A stretch of DNA of 64,000 bases from positions 832,001 to 896,000 of the forward strand of contig OZ244197.1 in assembly GCA_965216785.1 (NCBI GenBank), given 5' to 3'. A program made the position numbers and the translations under genes. The DNA is from Thermodesulfobacteriota bacterium. GTDB taxonomy: Bacteria > Desulfobacterota_D > UBA1144 > Nemesobacterales > UBA2774. The notes beneath the pieces are model-generated. The model was not told the origin of the DNA. It did not search any database and was given only the letters and a program-made list of their open reading frames with translations. Shown piece by piece: positions 11,042 through 18,897 of the stretch. The number at the start of each line of letters is the position of its first letter. Position 1 is the stretch's first letter.

Positions 11042-11782
11042 TCATATACCCCGGGCTCGCGCAAGCGTTAATACCTGTACGCTTAAAGCGCCTGACTTTA
11101 AAAGAGTTTTCGCGCACTCGTTGCTGGTGCTCCCTGTCGTGAACACGTCGTCTAGAAGAAGTACGGAGCATCCTTGAAATGTGTTTTTATCCCTTACTTG
11201 AAAAGCGCCCCTGACATTTTTACGCCTTGCAGCTTCATCCTTTATCTCAATCTGAGGCAAGGTGTCGCGTATTTTAGCAAGCCCTGTGAGATTAACATGA
11301 ACCCCCATTCTCCTTCCAATATCAGCTGCCAGTACAGAAGACTGGTTGTACTCACGTTGCCTGAGCTTGCCAATATATAGCGGAACCGGAACCAGAAGAT
11401 CTATAGTCTTCATATTTACAGGCATATTCTCAATCATCGTATCGCTGAGAGCTCGGGCAAGCTTCAATTTCCCTTCGTATTTAAAAGAGTGCAGCATTTC
11501 CCGTATCGGCCCTCTATAAACAGCAACTGAGCGGGCTCTTTTAAAGCTGTAATGTCCCTTTAAGCACTTAGCGCATAAATGAGGGTTTTCAGCCTCTTGG
11601 GGAACATCCATTGTTTGAGAAGATTTTGAATCAAAATAACCAAAAGGTACGCCGCACTGGGCACAAACAGAAAGCTCCTTCAAAAAATCGATTTCATCTT
11701 CACACTTTTTGCAAACTTCCTTTCCGGCTGCCGGCTGTAAACCGCATGAAGCACATAAATTCGGAAATAAAAGCTCGAGCAT
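11042..11782 (-). CDS. comF: ComF-family competence protein (zinc ribbon + PRTase domain)
   Basis: Four CxxC pairs; REYNQS, RRKNVRGAF, LLDDVFTTGST. Confidence 0.9.
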   Translation of the reverse strand: MLELLFPNLCASCGLQPAAGKEVCKKCEDEIDFLKELSVCAQCGVPFGYFDSKSSQTMDVPQEAENPHLCAKCLKGHYSFKRARSVAVYRGPIREMLHSFKYEGKLKLARALSDTMIENMPVNMKTIDLLVPVPLYIGKLRQREYNQSSVLAADIGRRMGVHVNLTGLAKIRDTLPQIEIKDEAARRKNVRGAFQVRDKNTFQGCSVLLLDDVFTTGSTSNECAKTLLKSGALSVQVLTLARARGI

Positions 11783-11881
11783 TGTTAATTATCGGCCAAC
11801 TCATCTACCCGTTCGTACTAAGAGCTTTGTTTAGACTCGCAATCAAAATGAACGATATTACCCATGTACATTTACAGCGCT

Positions 11882-12982
11882 CTATACCCTCATTGGCATA
11901 ATAACCGAAAGGTATACCTCTTCTCCCTCGGGCTTAATTACAGCAGGGCTGAGCTCATCGATTAGTCCGATCTCAACTTTATCCTCAGTAATAACCTCAA
12001 GTACGTCCATCAGATATCTTGCGTTAAACCCAAGCTCCACCGGGTCCCCCGAGTAGCTCAAGGGTACGGTTTCCTTAGCCTCACCTACTTCGGGAGATAC
12101 GGAAATCAGTGTGAGAGAGTCTTTATCTATATTGAACTTAACGCTCCTTGTTTTCTCTGAAGAAAGTATTGAAACACGCCTGAGCGCGCTCAGTAAACTC
12201 CCTCTTTCAAGGGATAGAGAAAGCTTAGTAGAATCCGGAGTCACCTGTTTATAATCAGGAAAATCCGCGTCTATAAGCCTTGCAACCAAAATGATATCCT
12301 CCCCTTCAGCCATAAAAAAGTTATCACCAACGCCTATCTTTAATTTATCTGAAAGCTTAAGTACTTTTCTAAGCTCGCCCACCCCTTTTTTCGGAACCAC
12401 GAATCCCTTTCCGAACTTAACTTTCGTATCAATCTCTTTTTCCACGAGTGATAGCCTGTGCCCGTCTGTCGCCACGAGCCTGATCCCCTTATCGCCCGCT
12501 TCTTCAAAATAAATTCCCGCCAGGTTACGCCTTAGCTCGTCAGGGGAAACTGCGAATATAGTCTTTGAGATCATCTCTTCAACCACAGAGCTTTGAACTG
12601 AAAACAGCTGATCCGAATGGAGCTCTGGAATTATCGGAAAATCCTCACTTGGAAGACCCGCAATTTTAAACACCGCAGATGATGCCCTTATCTCGACCCA
12701 ATGGTTTCCGATCTCCTCAATCTCTATTTCCCCTTCCGGAAGCTCTTTTACTATCTCAAAAAGTTTTCTTGCGGGTATTGCAAGGCTACCTTCTCCCAAC
12801 ACTTCTGCATCACACCATGTGCTCATCGTGGTCTCAAGATCAGTCGCGGAGATTTCTATCTTACTTTTATTAACCGTTATAAGTATGTGAGAGAGAACGG
12901 GCATGGTAGCGCGTCTTTCTGAAATTCCCTGTACCAATGAGAGTTTCTGGGAAAAAGCTTCTGCTTGTGTCTTAAATTTCAT
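11882..12982 (-). CDS. dnaN: DNA polymerase III beta sliding clamp
   Basis: SATDLE, VATDGHRL, GFNARYL, VIMPMRV; downstream of dnaA. Confidence 0.97.
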   Translation of the reverse strand: MKFKTQAEAFSQKLSLVQGISERRATMPVLSHILITVNKSKIEISATDLETTMSTWCDAEVLGEGSLAIPARKLFEIVKELPEGEIEIEEIGNHWVEIRASSAVFKIAGLPSEDFPIIPELHSDQLFSVQSSVVEEMISKTIFAVSPDELRRNLAGIYFEEAGDKGIRLVATDGHRLSLVEKEIDTKVKFGKGFVVPKKGVGELRKVLKLSDKLKIGVGDNFFMAEGEDIILVARLIDADFPDYKQVTPDSTKLSLSLERGSLLSALRRVSILSSEKTRSVKFNIDKDSLTLISVSPEVGEAKETVPLSYSGDPVELGFNARYLMDVLEVITEDKVEIGLIDELSPAVIKPEGEEVYLSVIMPMRV

Positions 12983-13218
12983 TTTGTCTACTCCTGTTTA
13001 CTAATAATAACCAATATACTCTATTAATAGTAGTATTAGTAGTAGGGCCTGTTGGTAACTTATTTCCCGCCCCAAGTGTATGAAAACATTAGTTTTTTTG
13101 TGTTGATAAACATGTTTATTGTTTTGGGTACCTATCAACATCTATCCACAGCATTTGTTCGTTTTCAGTGTGAGCATGAGTTATCAACAATTTCATACAC
13201 ACGCTTATACACCACCTA
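12983..13218. other. oriC, dnaA-dnaN intergenic part: DnaA boxes plus DnaA-trio unwinding element
   Basis: Near-consensus boxes at 13050-13058, 13101-13109, 13132-13140, 13142-13150 and 13181-13189; minus strand TTACCAACA-GGCCC-TACTACTAATACTACTAT at 13027-13058; AT-rich flank. Confidence 0.85.
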
Positions 13219-14727
13219 TCAACTCATTAAGCTTTCAATATTGCGGGAAAGAGTTTTCACCGTGTTTGTTAAAGTTGGGTCATTCCCCATATTCTTTTCA
13301 ATCTTCTTTACGGCATGTATTACTGTGGAATGATCCTTTCCCCCGAATTTTTCGCCTATCTCAGGATAGGAAGCCCCCGTGTATCTCCTAGCCAGAAACA
13401 TAGCAATCTGTCTTGGGAGAGCGATGTTCTTCTGCTTCCTTTCTGATTTTAGGTCCTGAACCCTGAGCCCGCAGTAGCTTGCGACTTCCTTTTGTATACT
13501 CTCAATGCTGAGGAATTTCTTATCCTGCTTCTTGAGGATATTCTTAAGCACTTCTTTTGCCAGATCAATCGAGACCTCTGTTTTAAGAAGCTTTGCGTGA
13601 GCCATTAGGTTTGTAAGCGTTCCCTCAAGCTCCCTGATATTCGATGTGGTGTTTTCGGCCAGGTAAAGGGCCACTTGGTCCGGGAGTGAAAGGCCTTCGG
13701 TTTCAGCTTTGTTTTTAATTATCGCAATTCTGGTTTCGGTCTCAGGGGGCTGAATATCAGTGATAAGACCCCACTCAAACCTCGATCTTAGTCTCTCCTC
13801 CAAGTAAGACATGTCCTTGGGAGATTTGTCGCTTGTGAGGACGATCTGTTTTTTTGATTCATAAAGAGTATTAAATGTATGAAAAAACTCTTCCTGTGTG
13901 CTCTCCTTGCCTGCAATAAACTGTATGTCGTCAATCAGGAGCACATCGCACCCAAAGCGGTAGCGGTTTCTGAATTCTTCCATTTTGTTTGATTTGATGC
14001 TGTTTATTACCTGGTTTGTAAAATGTTCTGCGGAAATGCAGCACACCCTAGCCATGTTGGACGTAGCTCTTAGAACATAATTTCCTATAGCGTTTATTAA
14101 ATGTGTTTTACCGAGCCCTACACCGCCATAGATAAATAGCGGATTATAGGCTTCTCCCGGCTTTCTTGCAACAGCTGTTGAAGCTGCATGAGCGAACTGA
14201 TTGCTCGAGCCCACGATAAAGCGATCAAAGCTATAGTTTGGATTAATAACCCCCTTGTAAAGCTTATCTGTTTTTGAGGGTTTTCTGCTCTCAGGTATTT
14301 GCGCGCTTTGTGTTTTATTGCTCTCTTTAACTAAGGGCCCATCCTCGCGCGCTTCAATCATTACACTTACCCTCTTACCGAAAACCTCTTTTACCGTATC
14401 GTTAATAAATTCCAGGTAGTGGTTATTTATCCAGTCTCTGTCAAATTCGCTGTTCGCTTTGAGCACTAGGCAGTCCTCCGTTTCAGAAAGCGGCTCAAGA
14501 GGCGCGAACCAGAAGAACACTTGGGGGTTTGATTTTTTCTTAATTCTCTCAAGCACCGGCTGCCACTGGACTTTGTCGTCTGTGGCCTTTGGTCTGTCTT
14601 TTGCGACTTCGGGATTTTGCTCGAGTACGGATGAGCCCATAAAGTGCTCCAGACCTCTACCTTCTTCCGCTGAATCTGAAAAAAGAGATCTTAAATCGTG
14701 TTTAAGAGGCAGTCTTTTAGCACTCAA
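13219..14727 (-). CDS. dnaA: Chromosomal replication initiator DnaA (exact start uncertain)
   Basis: YNPLFIYGGVGLGKTHL, LLIDDIQF, RLRSRFEWGL, GGKDHSTVIHA. Confidence 0.98.
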   Translation of the reverse strand: MSAKRLPLKHDLRSLFSDSAEEGRGLEHFMGSSVLEQNPEVAKDRPKATDDKVQWQPVLERIKKKSNPQVFFWFAPLEPLSETEDCLVLKANSEFDRDWINNHYLEFINDTVKEVFGKRVSVMIEAREDGPLVKESNKTQSAQIPESRKPSKTDKLYKGVINPNYSFDRFIVGSSNQFAHAASTAVARKPGEAYNPLFIYGGVGLGKTHLINAIGNYVLRATSNMARVCCISAEHFTNQVINSIKSNKMEEFRNRYRFGCDVLLIDDIQFIAGKESTQEEFFHTFNTLYESKKQIVLTSDKSPKDMSYLEERLRSRFEWGLITDIQPPETETRIAIIKNKAETEGLSLPDQVALYLAENTTSNIRELEGTLTNLMAHAKLLKTEVSIDLAKEVLKNILKKQDKKFLSIESIQKEVASYCGLRVQDLKSERKQKNIALPRQIAMFLARRYTGASYPEIGEKFGGKDHSTVIHAVKKIEKNMGNDPTLTNTVKTLSRNIESLMS

Positions 14728-14759
14728 TTTTACTTCAATCCTCCAAAATTAGAGACAAC

Positions 14760-14790
14760 CCATCCACAAGTTATGCACAAATGTGGATAA
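14760..14790. promoter_or_regulatory. DnaA-box cluster upstream of dnaA (autoregulation or second oriC half)
   Basis: TTATGCACA 14771-14779 and TGTGGATAA 14782-14790 (perfect TTWTNCACA, inverted pair); CCATCCACA at 14760. Confidence 0.85.
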
Positions 14791-15059
14791 CTTTTAGCTT
14801 ACAATTAAATGTGTTGTTTGGCCCCACCCAGATCCGTAAGTTACATCCTAACAGATACCAAAATACGTTGTCAAGTGTTTTGATTTAATCGCATGATTGC
14901 AGTGATTTGCGCCACCTAAATTTTGCAATCCACCTTCTGTGCGGAAGTACAATTCTTTAAATGACATAGTGAATATAAGTACCTTAGACAATCTATATGC
15001 ACCCCTAACTCCCTGTAATAATACAATATATCACTCTAGCTTTAGATAGAATTCATTTG

Positions 15060-16340
15060 CTATAAATCTGTGCTTGCGTGCTCTATGCCTTTTTTTTCAT
15101 CGACGCGCATAAGCAAAACCGCACCTCCGATAAAGAACACTACAAGCATTACAATAGCCAGGCGGCTGGAGCCCGTGATCTGAGACACCATGGCGAAAGC
15201 AAGCGGTCCGACAATGCCCGCAAATTTTGAGCTCATACCGTAAAACCCGAAAAACTCACATGTTTTATCTTTAGGCAGCATAGAGCCGAAAAGCGAGCGG
15301 CTGAGCGCCTGTGTCCCGCCCTGCACCGTGCCTACCATAAAAGCCAGGATCCAGAAATGAAGCGCACTCTGCATGAAATAGGCGCTGATAGCTATCCCCG
15401 TGTAAACAGCGAGTCCGAGCAAGATCGAATTTTTTGTCCCCAGGTAACCTGCCAGGCGACCGAACACAAAGGTAAAGGGGATTCCTACGAACTGGGTCAT
15501 TAATAATGCGCCAATAAGCGCCGTTTCGTCGATACCGATTTCAGCCCCGTATATTGTCGCCATTTTTATTATAGTCCCTATACCGTCGTTATAAACCCAA
15601 AACGCAATGAGGAATAAAAATAGCTCTCTATATTTTCTCAGCTCCCCGAACGTAACGTAGATTCGTCTGAATGCCACCCTTACCGGGTTTACGCCGCTGT
15701 GGGTGTTATCCGTTTTACCCTCCGGCTCTCTCACATTTAATATAAGCGGGATCGTGAACAGCGCCCACCAAATTGAGACTGACAGGAAGCAAAGCCGGGT
15801 GGCGAGTATCTTGTCCGGTATGAGCTCAATCATAAGGACATTTATACCGAGCAGTATTCCTCCGCCCAGGTATCCGAGCGCGTAGCCCATTGTAGATACT
15901 CTGTCTATGTTGTCCGGAGTAGAAACGCTTGGAAGAAGAGAGTTATAAAACACATCGGACATAGAGAAGCCAAGGTTTCCGAATATGAAAAATAGTGAGG
16001 CCAAAAACCAGTCTCCTGTGGTGACGAAGTACAGGAGCGCTGTGGCGAATATGCCAAGTCCGGCAAAAGTTAAAAGGAGCTTTTTCTTGAGTCCAGAGTA
16101 GTCTGCGATTGCTCCCATGACAGGGGCCAGCAGGGCGGTTATCAGGAGCGCAATTGAAAGAGTGTATCCCCAGTACACGGTTGCTGTATTAGCGCCGAGC
16201 TCAGCTCCCGCGACGCGGCTGTAGTAGATCGGGAGCACAGCCGCCATTATAGTTGTGGCAAAGGCGGAGTTTGCCCAGTCGTACATACTCCAGCTTAAGA
16301 TCTCTCGGCGATTTCTTTCTTGCTTACCCTTTTCGGCCAT
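15060..16340 (-). CDS. MFS transporter, UMF1/ATG22-like family
   Basis: SWSMYDWANSAF N-terminal motif, ~12 TM segments, QALSRS motif. Confidence 0.85.
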   Translation of the reverse strand: MAEKGKQERNRREILSWSMYDWANSAFATTIMAAVLPIYYSRVAGAELGANTATVYWGYTLSIALLITALLAPVMGAIADYSGLKKKLLLTFAGLGIFATALLYFVTTGDWFLASLFFIFGNLGFSMSDVFYNSLLPSVSTPDNIDRVSTMGYALGYLGGGILLGINVLMIELIPDKILATRLCFLSVSIWWALFTIPLILNVREPEGKTDNTHSGVNPVRVAFRRIYVTFGELRKYRELFLFLIAFWVYNDGIGTIIKMATIYGAEIGIDETALIGALLMTQFVGIPFTFVFGRLAGYLGTKNSILLGLAVYTGIAISAYFMQSALHFWILAFMVGTVQGGTQALSRSLFGSMLPKDKTCEFFGFYGMSSKFAGIVGPLAFAMVSQITGSSRLAIVMLVVFFIGGAVLLMRVDEKKGIEHASTDL

Positions 16341-16650
16341 TTAGTATCTCAGATAATCCAAGTCCAGTTATTGATTCGAATCAGCTCTCTAATATTATCG
16401 GTTATGGATGAAAAGCCAACTCAAACACTATCACTATACATATAAGTTTTGAATATGCGGTGCTTGGCTCTGGAGTGTATACAGTCTTGGCTATTGTAGA
16501 GGGCTATCGGCAGGTTAAAATGGTCTGCGTCTCCTAAATGGTAATTATTCCCACCTAGTAATGACTTGATTTAAGTGTACGATTGTGCGATACTTAAAAA
16601 AAAATAGACTATTATCATGAAAACAAATACAATTCAATTCACCCTATATT

Positions 16651-17166
16651 ATGGAGGTTTTTATGCTGAGTAAACATATTCAGGACGCGCTTAACGATCA
16701 GATTAAAAATGAGTATTTCGCATCTTACACTTACCTATCTATGGCGGCTCACTGTGAGTCCATTAATATGCAGGGTTTCGCGTCCTGGCTCCGCAGGCAG
16801 AGCGCTGAGGAGCTTACGCACGCCATGAGACTCTTTGATTATATGATTGATAGAGACGCAAAGGTAACGCTCCAGTCAATCAATAAACCGCAGGCCAAGT
16901 TCAAATCACTTACCGACATGTTCCAGCAGGTTCTAGACAACGAAAGAGAAGTCACAGGCATGATTAATAAGCTCTACGAGCAGGCTATAAGTGAAAACGA
17001 TCACGCAACAGCCGTGGAGCTCCAGTGGTTCATCCAGGAACAGGTAGAAGAGGAAAAGAGCGCAAAAGATATAGTTGAGAAGCTAAAGATTGCCGGCAAC
17101 AGCAGCTCCGCTCTACTTATACTGGACGGGCAGCTTACAGATAGCGGGACAGTTGAGGGAGCTTAA
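16651..17166 (+). CDS. ftnA: Non-heme ferritin (start may be 16663)
   Basis: ALNDQIKNE..YLSMA, EELTHA, LQWFIQEQVEEE ferroxidase motifs. Confidence 0.9.
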   Translation: MEVFMLSKHIQDALNDQIKNEYFASYTYLSMAAHCESINMQGFASWLRRQSAEELTHAMRLFDYMIDRDAKVTLQSINKPQAKFKSLTDMFQQVLDNEREVTGMINKLYEQAISENDHATAVELQWFIQEQVEEEKSAKDIVEKLKIAGNSSSALLILDGQLTDSGTVEGA

Positions 17167-17207
17167 TAGCTCAGCACCATAACACTACTATATGCAATCG
17201 AGCGTAG

Positions 17208-17831
17208 TTGAGAATAAGGCAGCTTCTTATGAACCCTGAGCTTGAGTTCTGGTATGAGTTTGGCAGCACGTACTCCTATCTTTCAGTCATGAGAATAGAG
17301 GAGTTGGCAAAGATGGAAGGGGTCGCAATTAAATGGAGACCCTTTCTTCTCGGGCCCATATTCAAGAGCCAGGGCTGGGCAACTTCCCCCTTTAATATAT
17401 ATGAATCAAAAGGCCGCTACATGTGGCGCGACTTAGAGCGTCTTAGCAGGAAGTACAATATCCCCTGGCAGAGACCCTCTGAGTTTCCGAGGAACGGTCT
17501 GAGGGCTTCAAGAGTGGCGCTAGTCGCTGAGCCGGAGGGTTGGTGCAATGAGTTTTCACTAATGGTATTTCAAGCAAATTTCGCCCAGGATATAGATATA
17601 TCCGATGAAGCTGTTATAGCTTCCATACTCGAATCGCTCGGGAAGAGCAGCACCCAAGTGATCGAGCGAGCTAAATCGGAAGAAACCAAGCTAAAGCTAA
17701 GAGCTCAGACCGAGCAAGCAATGGAAAAAGGCATTTTCGGCGCTCCTACGTTTTCGGCCGGGGATGAGTTGTTCTGGGGTAACGACAGGCTAGAGGACGC
17801 TCTTAACTGGGTTAAGTCAGAGCGCATCTGA
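17208..17831 (+). CDS. 2-hydroxychromene-2-carboxylate isomerase / DsbA-FrnE family protein
   Basis: FWYEFGSTYSY, GIFGAPTF, ELFWGNDRL. Confidence 0.85.
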   Translation: MRIRQLLMNPELEFWYEFGSTYSYLSVMRIEELAKMEGVAIKWRPFLLGPIFKSQGWATSPFNIYESKGRYMWRDLERLSRKYNIPWQRPSEFPRNGLRASRVALVAEPEGWCNEFSLMVFQANFAQDIDISDEAVIASILESLGKSSTQVIERAKSEETKLKLRAQTEQAMEKGIFGAPTFSAGDELFWGNDRLEDALNWVKSERI

Positions 17832-17899
17832 GTGTGCTCCATTCAGGCTATAATAATTTAATAGCCATCTCTTATATATTTCTACCATAGAATGTTTGT

Positions 17900-18853
17900 A
17901 TGCTTTATACTTTAACTCCTACTTGGGTTTGGGAGAAAATAACGTTGAGAAAAAGTGATTCACTTAAGTGTATTGAGTGCTTTATCGCGCTCCTATTAAT
18001 TTTGGTCACACATAGTCCGGTGTTTGCTCAGAACAATGCACCTTCTGTGGATAAGAGCTTTCTATGGAGTGTTAAATCAGATAGCAACACCGTATATATA
18101 CTCGGGTCTTTACACCTGCTCAATAAAGACAGCTATCCCCTCGGTGAGGTGTTCGAGGAGGCTTTTAGGGACTCGGATGTAGTGGTGTTTGAGGTCGATC
18201 CCGGAGAATTGGAAAGCCCAGAAACAATAAAGATGGTGCTCTCAAAGGCTGCGCTTGAAAAAGGGAAAACACTCCGGGATACCGTGTCTCCCGAGACTTA
18301 CGAGCTTGCCAAAGATGAGCTAAAGGATCTCGGGGTGGATATAAATATGTTCACACTCACAAAACCCTGGTTTTTAGCTGTAACGGCAACAATCCTCAAG
18401 CTTTCCAAGATGGGGTTTAACCCCGAGTACGGTGTGGATCAGCATTTTTACAAAAAGGCACAGGGTAGTGCTAAGGTGGTCAAAGGCTTAGAGACAGCTG
18501 AGTTCCAGATCGATTTGATCGCGTCTCTGGGAGAGGAGCATCAGGATGAGGTGCTTCTTCATACACTTAAAGACCTGGAGGTTATAGAAAAGGAGCTTGT
18601 CAGCCTGATCGATTCATGGAATAGGGGAGATGCCGAGGGGTTTCAGGAGCTCGTTCTAAGAAGCTACAGTGAGTACCCAAGGGTTTATGAACGGCTCATC
18701 GTGAACAGAAACAAAAACTGGCTCAAAGAGATCGAGGTTTACTTAAGAGGCAATAAGAATTATCTGGTTGTTGTGGGCGCGGGCCACCTTGTTGGTCAGC
18801 AGGGGCTCATAAAACTTCTTAGCAATAAAGGCTACAGAGTTGAGCAGATGTAG
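17900..18853 (+). CDS. TraB/GumN-family protein
   Basis: FLWSV..VYILGSLH, GLETAEFQ, RNKNW, VVVGAGHL. Confidence 0.85.
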   Translation: MLYTLTPTWVWEKITLRKSDSLKCIECFIALLLILVTHSPVFAQNNAPSVDKSFLWSVKSDSNTVYILGSLHLLNKDSYPLGEVFEEAFRDSDVVVFEVDPGELESPETIKMVLSKAALEKGKTLRDTVSPETYELAKDELKDLGVDINMFTLTKPWFLAVTATILKLSKMGFNPEYGVDQHFYKKAQGSAKVVKGLETAEFQIDLIASLGEEHQDEVLLHTLKDLEVIEKELVSLIDSWNRGDAEGFQELVLRSYSEYPRVYERLIVNRNKNWLKEIEVYLRGNKNYLVVVGAGHLVGQQGLIKLLSNKGYRVEQM

Positions 18854-18897
18854 CTGATAGTTTATAGCTATCGAATTTTTTTATGTGCTGTAAAGTT

